The notes under the pieces were generated by a model. The model searched no databases. It was not told where the DNA came from and worked only from the letters and a program-made list of their open reading frames with translations. This document shows, in pieces, positions 1 through 10,683 of a DNA stretch of 64,000 nucleotides (positions are counted from its first letter, which is position 1; every line of letters starts with the position of its first letter). The position numbers and the translations under genes are program-made. The DNA is taken from contig OY762825.2 of the NCBI GenBank assembly GCA_963666425.2, forward strand, positions 32,001 to 96,000, read 5' to 3'. The DNA is from Bacillota bacterium. GTDB taxonomy: Bacteria; Bacillota; JAAYKD01.

Positions 1-379
1 ATGTATTCGTTGCCTCAGGCGGTTTACCACGTATGAGAAAGTAGAAGAAATGGCCATGGTGGTAGTGAAGCGGGATGGCGGTCGAGAAGTCTTTGATCGC
101 AATAAAATCTTAAACGGCTTGCTGAAGGCATGTGAGAAGCGCTGTATCCCCATGGATACACTCAACGAAATGGTCAATGATATTGAACTGGAACTGCGCA
201 ATTCACTCAAACAGGAAATTTCCAGCCGCGTAATCGGCGAAGCAGTGATGCGTCGCCTGAAAGAAGTAGATTCGGTCGCTTATGTGCGGTTTGCCTCAGT
301 TTACCGCCATTTTGAGGATATTGATCATTTTATCCTAGAGTTGGAAAAATTAAGCGGTGAAAAGAAAACGGAAGTATAG
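1..379 (+). CDS. nrdR: Transcriptional repressor NrdR (5' truncated by window edge)
   Basis: Frame is open from position 2 (CIRCLRRFTTYEKVE), followed by the ATP-cone VVKRDG..FDRNK and the C-terminal VAYVRFASVY motif. Confidence 0.95.
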   Translation, partial: CIRCLRRFTTYEKVEEMAMVVVKRDGGREVFDRNKILNGLLKACEKRCIPMDTLNEMVNDIELELRNSLKQEISSRVIGEAVMRRLKEVDSVAYVRFASVYRHFEDIDHFILELEKLSGEKKTEV

Positions 380-389
380 CGGTGATTGA

Positions 390-1670
390 GTGATGAAGAA
401 AACACACAAAACCCTTTCGCCCAAGAGACGGTTAGCCAGGAAACGCCGCCGTTTCGCTCTGAAAGTTTTTATCTGCTTGTTGACAGCTGTTGGACTCCTT
501 TTTCTCATCCGGGGCGGTATCACACTTTACCGCAGTTTTAATCTGAAAATGATGCGCAGCGAACAATTCAGTGAAACAAAACTGATCGTCTCGCATCCAA
601 CCGAAGGCGTCATTTTGCGTGATGAAACGGTTGTAGTATCACCTTACAGCGGTAAATGGCAGGCTCTGTGCGCAGAAGGCAGCAACCTTACCGCAACTGG
701 GCAGGCAGCAGAGATTTACGATTATGCTGCCATGCGTAAGTATGAGGATGCCTTGCAGAAAATAACAGAAAATCGGCTCAACGATTTGAATAGCTTCCAG
801 TCCAAAACAGATTATTATACGAAAACAATGCAGGAAGTTGATACAGACATTGCCAATTTAGAAAAGCAAAAATCATCCGATAAGGTCAAGAATGATGCGG
901 ATGCGGTCAGTCGGCTCGAAAAGCAAATTGAAACCTTACAGGCAAATAAACTGACCCTACAGGCAGAGAAAGACGCACTATCGGACAATCAGGCAACCTG
1001 GGATGCCGAAGAAGATCTGATCCAAACGGCCCTTAAAAAGGATGCTAAGATTATTACAACCCCATATGAAGGCATTGTCAGTTTTCTCTGTGATGGATAT
1101 GAAGGATTGCTAACCACAACCAGTGTCGGTTCGATCACTTTGCAGGATCTGAAATCTTTTCAGAAGGCATCCGTAGTGCTGCATCAAACGAAAGAGGAAA
1201 TTACAGCGGGGTATCCGTTGTTTAAAGTGATCAAAACACCATGGTATTGGTGCACAGCTTATGATAAGAATTATGGGCTGCAATTGCAGGTGGGAGATAC
1301 AGTCGCACTGCTTTCGTCTCTGGGCAATCAAATTAATGCCACAGTGAACAGCATTGAGCAACTGGAAACAGCAGCGATCGTCACATATCGCTTTGATCAG
1401 CTGCTGCCGGAGACGCTTTCCGATCGTTTCCAGAGCATGGAGCTGATTGAAGCTCATGCAACAGGTTATGATTTGCCTTCAGATACTATTGTCAGCAAAG
1501 GCAAAATTAAAGGCGTCTATTGTGTGGAAAACGGTGTTGTTACCTTTCAAGCGGTAGAAGTATTGCAGGAACGAGATGCACGAGCCTATGTAACCGGCTT
1601 GAGCGGGACAAAAGAAATTATTCTCAATCCACGTTTCGCAATAGAAGGGATTCTGGTAAGTGGTGAATAA
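390..1670 (+). CDS. Membrane-anchored coiled-coil protein, HlyD/membrane-fusion-like
   Basis: Basic N-terminus, one TM helix, long coiled coil flanked by SPYSG and TPYEGIV hairpin-type motifs; sits upstream of yggS. Confidence 0.6.
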   Translation: MMKKTHKTLSPKRRLARKRRRFALKVFICLLTAVGLLFLIRGGITLYRSFNLKMMRSEQFSETKLIVSHPTEGVILRDETVVVSPYSGKWQALCAEGSNLTATGQAAEIYDYAAMRKYEDALQKITENRLNDLNSFQSKTDYYTKTMQEVDTDIANLEKQKSSDKVKNDADAVSRLEKQIETLQANKLTLQAEKDALSDNQATWDAEEDLIQTALKKDAKIITTPYEGIVSFLCDGYEGLLTTTSVGSITLQDLKSFQKASVVLHQTKEEITAGYPLFKVIKTPWYWCTAYDKNYGLQLQVGDTVALLSSLGNQINATVNSIEQLETAAIVTYRFDQLLPETLSDRFQSMELIEAHATGYDLPSDTIVSKGKIKGVYCVENGVVTFQAVEVLQERDARAYVTGLSGTKEIILNPRFAIEGILVSGE

Positions 1671-2358
1671 CTTGAGTAGTATACAAGAAAACGCAGATCA
1701 AATTCGAGCGGAAATTCAGGCCGCATGCCGCAGGGTGAATCGTGCTACCAGTGCCGTTACGCTGATCGCAGTCAGCAAAACAGTCGGTCCGGAGGCAGTA
1801 CAGCAAGCAATTGAGGCTGATTTGACGCATTTTGGTGAGAATAAAGCACAAGAATTCGTCAGTAAAGCGGCGGCTTTTCCTGATGCACATTGGCATTTTA
1901 TCGGACATTTACAAACCAATAAGGTCAAGGAGATTGTACATCGGGCGGAATTGATTCATTCGCTCGATCGCTTGGATCTGGCAGTGGAAATTCAGAAACG
2001 CGCCGGCAGCGACCGGGTGCATTGCCTGCTGGAAGTGAATGTCGCAGAAGAAAGCAGTAAATTCGGTTTGAAAATGGATGAGGTTGTGCCGTTTTGCCAC
2101 AGTTTAAGTCAGTTTCCTGTTATTGTGGTAGATGGATTGATGACCATTGCTCCTGCTGCCGGTTCGCCGGAGGAAATTCGCTCGGTGTTCCGCTGCCTAA
2201 GGCAGAAAAGAGAAGAATTGCAGGCTCTGCAGTTGGCACAAATCCCGTCTTTATGGCTATCGATGGGGATGACCAACGATTATCCGATTGCGATTGAAGA
2301 GGGAGCAGATTTTATCCGCATTGGCACCGGTATTTTTGGCAAACGTTTTTATCAATAG
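1660..2358 (+). CDS. yggS: PLP homeostasis protein YggS/YlmE
   Basis: LIAVSKT, FGEN, WHFIGHLQTNK, LSMGMTND and IRIGT motifs. Confidence 0.95.
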   Translation: MVNNLSSIQENADQIRAEIQAACRRVNRATSAVTLIAVSKTVGPEAVQQAIEADLTHFGENKAQEFVSKAAAFPDAHWHFIGHLQTNKVKEIVHRAELIHSLDRLDLAVEIQKRAGSDRVHCLLEVNVAEESSKFGLKMDEVVPFCHSLSQFPVIVVDGLMTIAPAAGSPEEIRSVFRCLRQKREELQALQLAQIPSLWLSMGMTNDYPIAIEEGADFIRIGTGIFGKRFYQ

Positions 2359-2380
2359 ACAAAGGAAAGGAATGATTTGA

Positions 2381-2968
2381 ATGGCTGGCATCTTAAGTAA
2401 ATTCTGGAATATGATCGGGCTGGGTGATGAAGAGGAATTGGAGGACGACTTCGATGAGGAAAGCGAAGTGACAGCCCCGATTGCGCAACCGTTGGAGAAA
2501 AAATCGGAAGGCGTCAGGATTTTGAGTAAGACGGGGAATCCTGTGCATACACCACCTGTCAGCAATGGCAATTCCGGCAGTAATCCATCCACCGGCAATA
2601 GCGCTCCAGTCAATAACGTGGTTTCCATGCCACCGAAAGGAAATACGATGATGAACGGTAATGAAAACTCCCGCCTGGTCGTCTATGCTCCCAATCGTTT
2701 TGAGGAAGTACAGGTTTTAGTCGATCATATGAAAGCAGATCGGCCGGTGATTGTATCCTTGGAAGGTCTGGACGGTGATCTGGCTCGTTCGATGTTGGAT
2801 TTCATTTGCGGTGCGACCTATGCTTTAGAAGGCAGTATGCAAAAAGTAAGCGGTAACATTTTCCTGGTAGCTCCCAGAGATGTGGATGTTTCCTCGAATT
2901 TAAAGGAAGCCTTACTGGCGCGTGATTCCCTGGTCCGCAAACACGATGATAAAGGAGAAATGTCATGA
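2381..2968 (+). CDS. sepF: Cell division protein SepF
   Basis: DFICGATYALEG..KVSGNIFLVAP; yggS-sepF-yggT-divIVA synteny. Confidence 0.93.
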   Translation: MAGILSKFWNMIGLGDEEELEDDFDEESEVTAPIAQPLEKKSEGVRILSKTGNPVHTPPVSNGNSGSNPSTGNSAPVNNVVSMPPKGNTMMNGNENSRLVVYAPNRFEEVQVLVDHMKADRPVIVSLEGLDGDLARSMLDFICGATYALEGSMQKVSGNIFLVAPRDVDVSSNLKEALLARDSLVRKHDDKGEMS

Positions 2969-3222
2969 TCGGCAGCGTGCTCTCAACCTTGATCGAAGTG
3001 ACGAAATGGTGCATATTGGTCCGGTTGTTTGCCAGCTTATTTTGGCACGCTCAAAAACCAGACTGGCTGCTGACGCTGGAAAGATGGACGGAGCCTCTGT
3101 TGGAACCTTTTCGCCGTATCCTGAAACCAATTGAATTCGGCAACGGCTACATTGATATTTCACCGGTGATTTTATTCTTTGTGCTCAGCTTGCTGCAGGG
3201 CGCCGTATCTTGGCTGTTCTAA
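2965..3222 (+). CDS. YggT/YlmG family membrane protein
   Basis: TEPLLEPFRRI and IDISPVI motifs; synteny. Confidence 0.9.
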   Translation: MIGSVLSTLIEVTKWCILVRLFASLFWHAQKPDWLLTLERWTEPLLEPFRRILKPIEFGNGYIDISPVILFFVLSLLQGAVSWLF

Positions 3223-3263
3223 TACGCTTTCAGGTTCATCGATGAAAAAAAGGAGGAATTCCC

Positions 3264-3746
3264 ATGCTGAGTCCAATGGATATTCACAATAAAGAATTTA
3301 AAAAAGCACTGCGCGGTTATGATGAAACCGAAGTGGATGCATTTTTAGATGAAGTGATCCAGAATTTTGAAAGCCTCTACCGTGAAAACACGGCTTTAAA
3401 AGAGAAGCTTTCCGAAAGCAGTGAACGAGTAGACGGCTTCCGGGGCATGGAAGATACCTTAAAAAAATCAATTGTGGTGGCACAGGAAGCGGGAGACTCT
3501 TTAAAAATGAATGCCAGGCGCGAAGGAGAGTTGATCGTCCGCGAAGCCGAGATCAAAGCCAACAAGATCATTGACGAAGCAATGAACCGAGCGCAGAAAT
3601 TAATAGCGGAGCATGACGCCGTGCGGAAAGATGCAGTTGTCTGCCGAGCACGCTTAAAAACAGTGCTGCAAGCGCAGCTGGAATTACTGGAAAGCGCCGA
3701 ATGGCAATTTCCCATGAATGATGAAATCAAACAAATCAAATCATAA
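3264..3746 (+). CDS. divIVA: DivIVA domain protein
   Basis: LSPMDIHNKEF..LRGYDETEVDAFLD followed by a coiled coil. Confidence 0.93.
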   Translation: MLSPMDIHNKEFKKALRGYDETEVDAFLDEVIQNFESLYRENTALKEKLSESSERVDGFRGMEDTLKKSIVVAQEAGDSLKMNARREGELIVREAEIKANKIIDEAMNRAQKLIAEHDAVRKDAVVCRARLKTVLQAQLELLESAEWQFPMNDEIKQIKS

Positions 3747-3820
3747 AAGCAACGGGATTGACAGTAACCAATCCGCAGATTGCGCTTTTTAAATTTCTCT
3801 CTGAAAGGTGTCGAACAATT

Positions 3821-4510
3821 TTGGCTGAAAAAGTAATCGGTATTATCGGCGGTATGGGACCGGAAGCCACCGCAGATCTCTATTTAAAAATCATTCACAA
3901 TACACCGGCTGACATCGACCAACAGCATATGCATGTCTTGATTGACGGCAATACTAAAATTCCGGATCGGACGGCCGCCATCATGCACGACGGAGAAGAT
4001 CCAGCTCCCTTTATCGCCGAAGCCGGCCGCAATCTCTTCCGCGCCGGCGCTGATTATTTGGCGATTTCCTGCAATACAGCGCATTATTTTTACGATGCGG
4101 TGCAAGCGGCAGTACCGATTCCGGTACTGCATATGCCGAAAATTTGCCTCGAGTATATCCAAGAGAAATATCCCAATTTAACCTGCTGCGGACTCTTAGC
4201 CACCAGTGCCACGATTGAAACTGGCTTATACCAGAGTTTAGCAGAGAAGGTTGGCTTGGAAATGCTGCATTCCGTACCGGAAATTCAAGAAAATCTTGTG
4301 ATGGCAGGCATTCGCAATATCAAAGCCGGCCGCAAAGAAGAAGGCGGCAAATTGCTGAAAGCGGCAGCTGATGCATTGATCGAACGCGGTGCGGAAGTGA
4401 TCATTGCCGGCTGTACAGAGATTCCCTTGGTTTTACAAAACGGGTCCATCCGTGTTCCCGTTGTGGATCCAACTCTGACTATGGCACTGAAAATTATTGA
4501 ATTGAGATAA
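3821..4510 (+). CDS. Aspartate/glutamate racemase family protein
   Basis: IGIIGGMGPEAT, catalytic CNTAH and GCTE motifs; TTG start at 3821 after GAAAGGTG. Confidence 0.9.
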   Translation: MAEKVIGIIGGMGPEATADLYLKIIHNTPADIDQQHMHVLIDGNTKIPDRTAAIMHDGEDPAPFIAEAGRNLFRAGADYLAISCNTAHYFYDAVQAAVPIPVLHMPKICLEYIQEKYPNLTCCGLLATSATIETGLYQSLAEKVGLEMLHSVPEIQENLVMAGIRNIKAGRKEEGGKLLKAAADALIERGAEVIIAGCTEIPLVLQNGSIRVPVVDPTLTMALKIIELR

Positions 4511-4537
4511 TTTACCAATCAAATCTTGCTCACAATT

Positions 4538-4568
4538 TCCCCGGTATTCTCCGGGGATTCTCTTTTTA
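4538..4568 (+). terminator. Putative intrinsic terminator
   Basis: TCCCCGG-tattct-CCGGGGA hairpin followed by a T-rich tract. Confidence 0.55.
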
Positions 4569-4596
4569 TTCATATGGGTTTTTCGGAGGAGTTCAA

Positions 4597-5061
4597 ATGG
4601 ATTTGCTGATTGCCTTGGTTATTTTGCTTAGTGACTTTCTCAGCAAACAATGGGTTATGGCAAACCTTGTTTACGCAGCAGCAACCCGCTTTTTACCGGG
4701 TCTGCTGCAGTTTCGTTATGTCTGGAACACCGGAGCAGCTTTCAGTATTCTGACCGGTCAGCGCTGGTTTCTTGTGGTCTTAGCATCACTGGCTGCTGCC
4801 GCATTGCTGCTGTTTCGCAGAAAAATCACCGGTGACGACCGACTGATGCGTGTAATCTGGGGTTTGGTTTTTGGGGGTACGGTTGGTAATTTGATCGATC
4901 GAATCCGTTTTGGCTATGTGATCGATTTTCTAGAATTCGATTTCATCACCTTTCCGGTGTTTAATCTCGCTGACTCTGCTCTGGTGCTCGGTATGGGGCT
5001 CTATCTTGGCCTGACTGTCTATGAGATCTATAAGGAGGGTAAAACAAATGGAGCTGCCTGA
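4597..5061 (+). CDS. lspA: Signal peptidase II
   Basis: NTGAAFS, GNLIDR, VIDF and FNLAD motifs. Confidence 0.96.
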   Translation: MDLLIALVILLSDFLSKQWVMANLVYAAATRFLPGLLQFRYVWNTGAAFSILTGQRWFLVVLASLAAAALLLFRRKITGDDRLMRVIWGLVFGGTVGNLIDRIRFGYVIDFLEFDFITFPVFNLADSALVLGMGLYLGLTVYEIYKEGKTNGAA

Positions 5062-6058
5062 TCAAGAAACAGACGAAAGAGAAGTTCTGCATTTTGTCGT
5101 TCCCACAGAAGCACGGGGAGAACGCTTGGATAAGTGGCTGACAGCTATGACGGACATGACACGTTCTCATATTCAGTTGTTGTTAAAAGAAGAACTGGTG
5201 ACGGTGAATGATCTGGTAAAGCCCGCTCGGACCGTTCTCAAAGGCGGCGAAGAGGTTTTACTGATCCTTCCCGAACCGGAGCCATTGGAATTGCTGGCGG
5301 AAGACATTCCGCTCGCAATTGTTTACGAAGACGATGAATTATTGGTAATCAATAAGCAAAGGAATTTAGTGGTACATCCCGCTGTGGGAAATTGGACTGG
5401 CACCTTGGTAAATGGCTTATTGGCTCATTGCAAAGTCTGGCCTGGCATCAATGGCACCATGCGGCCAGGTATCGTGCACCGATTGGACAAGGATACCAGC
5501 GGATTGCTGGTGGTTGCCAAGACGGAATTGGCGCAGAATTCGCTCAGCCAACAAATCAAAGACAGAACGGCCAAGCGCATGTATTTGGCTTTAACCTGGG
5601 CTAATTTTAAAGAAGAAAGCGGTATGATCAACGCTCCCATTGGCCGCCACCCGCTGAATCGATTGAAAATGGCGGTAGTAGCCAGCGGCAGACAAGCACA
5701 GACAGCTTATACCGTTCTGCAGCATTTCCCGCAAATGGATTTTCTCAAAGTGCAGTTGCTAACCGGCAGAACGCATCAGATCAGAGTCCATATGGCTTAT
5801 GCGCACCATCCAGTAGTGGCTGATCCGCTCTATTCCACCAAGGAGCAGCATTGGGGTCTAGAGGCGCAGGCCTTGCATGCCTATCGGCTCGGTTTCTTTC
5901 ATCCGCGCTCGAATGAATGGATGGAATTTACCGCCGCACCGCCGCAGGACTTTCAAAACGTTTTAAGAAAATTAGGCAGACCTTGGGTGGAAGGAGGAGA
6001 AGAAGATGCCAAACTCGACTTTATTATTGGACGAGATACAAATCCGACGAATCATTAA
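5048..6058 (+). CDS. rluD: RluA/RluD family pseudouridine synthase
   Basis: S4 domain, HRLDKDTSG, TGRTHQIRVH; ATG at 5048 after GGAGG. Confidence 0.9.
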   Translation: MELPDQETDEREVLHFVVPTEARGERLDKWLTAMTDMTRSHIQLLLKEELVTVNDLVKPARTVLKGGEEVLLILPEPEPLELLAEDIPLAIVYEDDELLVINKQRNLVVHPAVGNWTGTLVNGLLAHCKVWPGINGTMRPGIVHRLDKDTSGLLVVAKTELAQNSLSQQIKDRTAKRMYLALTWANFKEESGMINAPIGRHPLNRLKMAVVASGRQAQTAYTVLQHFPQMDFLKVQLLTGRTHQIRVHMAYAHHPVVADPLYSTKEQHWGLEAQALHAYRLGFFHPRSNEWMEFTAAPPQDFQNVLRKLGRPWVEGGEEDAKLDFIIGRDTNPTNH

Positions 6059-6539
6059 TCGCCTGGCACACGAAATTATCGAGAAAAACGGCGGCTGTAT
6101 GAATTTGGTTTTTGTCGGCATAAAGCGGCGCGGTCTTCCTCTGGCTCAACGTTTGGCTCAGGTGATGGAGAGTGTTGAGGGGATTCAGGTAGCCTGTTAT
6201 GAAATTGATATTACACCTTATCGCGATGATCATAAAAAACAACCACTGCAGGATTTCGAGTTCGCTGCTGCCGAGATCACCGGCAAAACCGTCGTTTTGG
6301 TGGATGATGTACTGCATACCGGCAGAACGGTCCGGGCTGCGTTGGACGGTGTGATGAAGTGGGGCAGACCGGAACGCATTCAATTAGCCGTGCTGATCGA
6401 TCGGGGCCATCGGGAATTACCCATCAGACCGGATTTTGTCGGCAAAAACATCCCAACCTCTAAATTAGAAAATATCGAAGTGGAAATCATGGAGATTGAC
6501 GGCAAAGACCAGGTGACCTTGAGTAAACCAAGCGATTAG
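6006..6539 (+). CDS. pyrR: Pyrimidine regulator/UPRTase PyrR
   Basis: VDDVLHTGRTVRAA and DRGHRELPIRPDFVGKN motifs. Confidence 0.95.
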   Translation: MPNSTLLLDEIQIRRIINRLAHEIIEKNGGCMNLVFVGIKRRGLPLAQRLAQVMESVEGIQVACYEIDITPYRDDHKKQPLQDFEFAAAEITGKTVVLVDDVLHTGRTVRAALDGVMKWGRPERIQLAVLIDRGHRELPIRPDFVGKNIPTSKLENIEVEIMEIDGKDQVTLSKPSD

Positions 6540-6559
6540 TTGACACTGGGAGCAGCCGC

Positions 6560-6583
6560 GGAACGGTCAGGACCATTGCCTGC
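6560..6583 (-). repeat. Degenerate single copy of the GTAG-type REP
   Basis: ggaacggtcaggaccattgcctgc matches ggaacggtcaagaccgttccctac at 20/24. Confidence 0.55.
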
Positions 6584-6665
6584 CACATAATTTTCAGTCT
6601 GCAACAGCCTCCGGTTACCTAACATACCCATTGCTGTAACTTCATTTTGGAAAGGAGGTATTCTT

Positions 6666-8405
6666 TTGGCTTTGGAAGGTTTGTCGATCCGTGCTTTAAC
6701 GGAAGAACTCAATGCAAAATTGGCCGATGCACGGGTTGACCGCATCTATCAGCATAGTACAACCGAAATGACTTTAGAGCTGCGCGCGCTCAAGGTTTCT
6801 TATAAATTGCTCTTATCCATTCATCCCCAGTTTGCCCGCGTGCAATTCAGCGACACGAAACGAAAAAACCCCCAATCGCCGCCCGCTTTTTGCCAATTGA
6901 TCCGCAAAAAATTGGAAGGCGCTCACATCATCGAAATCAAGCAGCCCAAGTATGAACGGCTGATTCGCTTTACCTTTGCCGCCATGGACGAGTTGGGCAA
7001 TCCGATCAAACTCTATTTGATGTGCGAGCTGATGGGAAAAAATAGCAATCTGATCCTGCTCAATCAGGAACTGAAAATCCTTGATGCCATCAAGCATGTT
7101 TCCTCCGATCAGAATCGCTACCGTGAAATCCTGCCCGGCCGCATTTATCTCACACCTCCTGAACAGACGAAACAACCGCCGGAAGCCTGGCAGCCTCCCA
7201 CAACGGATGAGGAACTGTCTCTCTCGGTTTTGGATTGGCTGCGCCGCCATTTGGATGGTGTCGGTCCGGCTACGCTGAAACTGCTGCTGCAGGCGGCGGC
7301 AATCGATCCCGATCGGCTGAGTGCTTTTCTGCAGCCACAGGATTGGCAGCATCTGCAGTCCTTAAGCCAAAAAGCCATGGCAGAACGACAGCCCGGCATG
7401 CTCTATCTGTCCGGTTCGATGCTTGCCCCCAATCTCAGCGCAGTCGCTTTTTCGCAAAACAGCGCCGACGGCTGCTGGCTGAGCGCTTCGCAGGCAATTG
7501 ACCTTTTTTATGATCATGCCGACCAGGAATTAAAGCTTAATTTGCTGCGCACCCGCGTCACTTCGGTCGTGCAGGCAGCTTTCAGCAAAGCGCAGCGTAA
7601 GTTGAGCGGATTACAGGAAGATTTACAAGCCGGCAAAGACGCAGATCAATATCGCCTCTGGGGTGAATTGCTCAAGAACGCGCCGGATCCGGGTTATAAA
7701 AGCGCCGAGATTCGGGTCATCAATTATTACGATGAAAACTTGGCGGAATTAGCGATTCCCCTCGATCATAAACTCTCATTGGCGCAGAATGCGCAGAAGT
7801 ATTTTAAGCATTACAGCAAAGCCCGTAAGGGTGAAAAAGTGATCCTCGAACAAATCAACCTGATCACTCTGGAGATAGAGTACCTGACTTCGGTACTTTC
7901 CGCCGCTAAGCAAACCGGGGAAACAGGTGTGCTGACGGAGATCATTGAGGAATTGATGGAGCAGGGATTCCTGGCACGCGAGCGTCAGCCGGGCAATCAA
8001 AAGAAGAAACCAAAGCAACCGACCGTGGCGCCTTTGCGCCTGCTGATTCAGGGCATACCCGTTTCTGTTGGACGCAATAACCTACAGAACGATTATTTGA
8101 CGATGGAGCTGGCTGCTGCCAATGACTGGTGGCTGCATAGTAAGGGTATCCCCGGTTCGCATGTGGTGATTCATCAGGCGAAACCAAAAGCAGCTGTGCT
8201 GGAAAAGGCCGCTGCACTGGCCGCCTGGTTCAGTCAGGCGCGCAGCAGCAGTTATGTGGAAGTAGATTATACTCAGCGGCGTTATGTCAAGAAATTTAAA
8301 GCAGCCCGTCCCGGCTCGGTTCACTATACGCAGCAAAAAACAATTTCTGTGGCTCCGCTCTCTCCCGAACAGCTTGCGGTGGAATCTGACACTGAAATTG
8401 GATAA
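6666..8405 (+). CDS. rqcH: Rqc2/RqcH (FbpA, NFACT) ribosome quality control protein
   Basis: ELMGKNSNLIL, NAQKYFK, GRNNLQND and WLHSKGIPGSHV motifs. Confidence 0.92.
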   Translation: MALEGLSIRALTEELNAKLADARVDRIYQHSTTEMTLELRALKVSYKLLLSIHPQFARVQFSDTKRKNPQSPPAFCQLIRKKLEGAHIIEIKQPKYERLIRFTFAAMDELGNPIKLYLMCELMGKNSNLILLNQELKILDAIKHVSSDQNRYREILPGRIYLTPPEQTKQPPEAWQPPTTDEELSLSVLDWLRRHLDGVGPATLKLLLQAAAIDPDRLSAFLQPQDWQHLQSLSQKAMAERQPGMLYLSGSMLAPNLSAVAFSQNSADGCWLSASQAIDLFYDHADQELKLNLLRTRVTSVVQAAFSKAQRKLSGLQEDLQAGKDADQYRLWGELLKNAPDPGYKSAEIRVINYYDENLAELAIPLDHKLSLAQNAQKYFKHYSKARKGEKVILEQINLITLEIEYLTSVLSAAKQTGETGVLTEIIEELMEQGFLARERQPGNQKKKPKQPTVAPLRLLIQGIPVSVGRNNLQNDYLTMELAAANDWWLHSKGIPGSHVVIHQAKPKAAVLEKAAALAAWFSQARSSSYVEVDYTQRRYVKKFKAARPGSVHYTQQKTISVAPLSPEQLAVESDTEIG

Positions 8406-8489
8406 ACCTCAGCATCTGGAGAGAAATACAGAAAGGAGATTGCCCTCTCCTTGTGGAATATTTATCTATTACAGGTATGGAGGATTAAG

Positions 8490-9371
8490 ATGCTGGTAAG
8501 TATGACTGGTTTTGGCCGCAGTGAATCCAAAGAGGGCGTGCGGAAATTAAGTATTGAGCTCAAGTCGGTCAACAATCGTTTCTTAGATATTTCGCTGCGC
8601 TGTCCGCGGGATTTGAATAGTTTGGAAGAAAAAATCCGTCAGACGATCTCCGGTTTTGCCAAGCGTGGGCGCATCGATTGTTCTGTTTCGTATCAATACA
8701 GCGGCGAGGACGCTTATGAAGTTCAGGTCAACCTACCTTTGGCTTTAGCCTATCAAAAAGGAGTCACCGCCTTAGCGGAAACCACCGGCTTACAGGAAAC
8801 GGTCACACTGTCACAGCTGCTGACTCTGCCGGATGTGGTTCATGTTGAGCGCCACAGTGAAGAAGTGGATGTCATCTGGCAGGAATTAGAGCCTTTGCTG
8901 CGCCAGGCACTGAGTGAGTTTGCAGCGATGCGCGCGCAGGAAGGGCTGCGTTTGGAGGAGGATTTCCGGCTGCGTCTGACATTGATCCAAACGATGTCAC
9001 AAAGCATTCTGGAAAGAGCCCCCTTGGTTGTGGCGGAATACAGTAAAAAGCTGCAAGCCAAAATGCTGGAACTGTTGAACGGTGTGCAGGTGGAAGAGAC
9101 CAGGCTGCTGACTGAAGTGGCTATGATGGCGAACCGCAGCGATATCACCGAAGAACTGGTTCGTTTGGCCAGCCATGTGCAGCAATTTTATCAGCTATTG
9201 GATGACAAGACAGAACCGGTCGGCAGAAAGTTGGATTTTTTGCTGCAAGAAATGAATCGTGAAGTCAATACCATCGGCTCCAAGGCGAGTGATTATGAAA
9301 TCGGGAAAACCGTAGTCAGCCTGAAAGCGGAGCTGGAGAAAATGCGGGAGCAAATTCAAAACATAGAGTAA
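8490..9371 (+). CDS. yloC: YicC/YloC family endoribonuclease
   Basis: SMTGFGR, KSVNNRFLD, GRKLDFLLQEMNRE and REQIQNIE motifs. Confidence 0.93.
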   Translation: MLVSMTGFGRSESKEGVRKLSIELKSVNNRFLDISLRCPRDLNSLEEKIRQTISGFAKRGRIDCSVSYQYSGEDAYEVQVNLPLALAYQKGVTALAETTGLQETVTLSQLLTLPDVVHVERHSEEVDVIWQELEPLLRQALSEFAAMRAQEGLRLEEDFRLRLTLIQTMSQSILERAPLVVAEYSKKLQAKMLELLNGVQVEETRLLTEVAMMANRSDITEELVRLASHVQQFYQLLDDKTEPVGRKLDFLLQEMNREVNTIGSKASDYEIGKTVVSLKAELEKMREQIQNIE

Positions 9372-9392
9372 AATGCCGGTGGAGGGTTTTTT

Positions 9393-9680
9393 ATGAGTGA
9401 AAACAGTATGGTGAATATTGGCTTTGGTAATTTTGTATCGACCGGAAAGATTATTGCAATTGTCAGTCCGGAATCGAACCCGATTAAGCGTATTGTTCAC
9501 GAAGCCAGAGAAAAAGGCATGGTGATTGATGCGACTTATGGCAGGCGAACCCGCGCCGTTGTCATCACCGACAGCGATCATATTATTCTTTCGGCAGTCC
9601 AACCAGAAACAATTGCCAATCGTCTGGATGCCAAAGAAGAGCGAGAAGAAGATGACGAAGAGAGGATACCTGCAAAATGA
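9393..9680 (+). CDS. remA: RemA/DUF370 regulator
   Basis: NIGFGN and [11 protein letters not shown] motifs; yloC-remA-gmk-rpoZ synteny. Confidence 0.92.
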   Translation: MSENSMVNIGFGNFVSTGKIIAIVSPESNPIKRIVHEAREKGMVIDATYGRRTRAVVITDSDHIILSAVQPETIANRLDAKEEREEDDEERIPAK

Positions 9681-10303
9681 AGCGTGGTGTTTTATTAGTC
9701 CTTTCTGCTCCATCCGGTGCCGGAAAAGACACTGTTTGTGAAGCTTTACTCAAGGAATTGCCCGATTTAATTTATTCCGTTTCTGCCACAACACGCCCAA
9801 AACGCCATTATGAAGTCGAAGGCGAAAGCTATTTCTTTATGAAACGCGCAGAATTCGAAGAAAAACTGGCTGAGGGTGGTTTCTTGGAACACGCAGATTA
9901 TTTAGGACATCTCTATGGCACACCGCGGGCTTTTGTGGAAAAACAGATTGAAGGCGGCAAATCGGTCATTCTCAAGATCGAAACAAAGGGAGCTGCAAAA
10001 GTAATGGAGACGGTGCACGACGGCGTCTTTATTTTCTTGGTTCCACCGACTTTTGATGATTTGGCCAAACGTTTAAACCATCGCGCCTCTGAATCCATCG
10101 AAGAAATTCAGAAAAGGCTGCAAAAAGCCAAAGATGAGCTGGCGACCGGTCAGAAGTATGAATATGTTGTTGTCAACGATACGGTGGCGCATGCGGTCGA
10201 GCAGATCAAAGCGATTCTTTTATCGGAACAACTCAGATGGCACAATATGTGCGACCTAGAGATATTTTCGCATGCCAATCCCATCCCCCAATGTAATGAT
10301 TAG
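9677..10303 (+). CDS. gmk: Guanylate kinase
   Basis: APSGAGK, SATTR and YGTP motifs. Confidence 0.96.
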   Translation: MKRGVLLVLSAPSGAGKDTVCEALLKELPDLIYSVSATTRPKRHYEVEGESYFFMKRAEFEEKLAEGGFLEHADYLGHLYGTPRAFVEKQIEGGKSVILKIETKGAAKVMETVHDGVFIFLVPPTFDDLAKRLNHRASESIEEIQKRLQKAKDELATGQKYEYVVVNDTVAHAVEQIKAILLSEQLRWHNMCDLEIFSHANPIPQCND

Positions 10304-10312
10304 ATAGGAGTA

Positions 10313-10558
10313 ATGAAAATGAGCCGAATCCCTTCTGATGAAATTTATAAACATGCCGACTGTAAGTATACCGCCTGCATCATCACAGCCAAGCGAGCCA
10401 GAGAACTGCAGAACGAGCAACCGAAAGATTCTACCAACAAGCCGCTGCTGCAAGCTTATGATGAATTAATGGATGGGGAATTGACTTATCGTCGCATGAG
10501 TCCCGAAGAATTAGCTGCGGCAGAAGCCAGCAAAGGAAAAGACGAAGCGTCACTCTAA
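10313..10558 (+). CDS. rpoZ: RNA polymerase omega subunit
   Basis: KY..IITAKRAREL and KPL..A..E motifs; follows gmk. Confidence 0.9.
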   Translation: MKMSRIPSDEIYKHADCKYTACIITAKRARELQNEQPKDSTNKPLLQAYDELMDGELTYRRMSPEELAAAEASKGKDEASL

Positions 10559-10635
10559 AGACGCTCTCAAGAGCGCTCAGCCGATGCAGCTGAAACAAAT
10601 GCAGAACAAGACAGCAAAGCAGTTGTTTTATAGAC

Positions 10636-10671
10636 AAAAAAAAGCAGGGGAGTGATCCTCTGCTTTTTTTT
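10636..10671. terminator. Bidirectional intrinsic terminator
   Basis: A8-GCAGGGGA-gtga-TCCTCTGC-T8 between convergent genes. Confidence 0.85.
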
Positions 10672-10683
10672 ATTGATCAACAG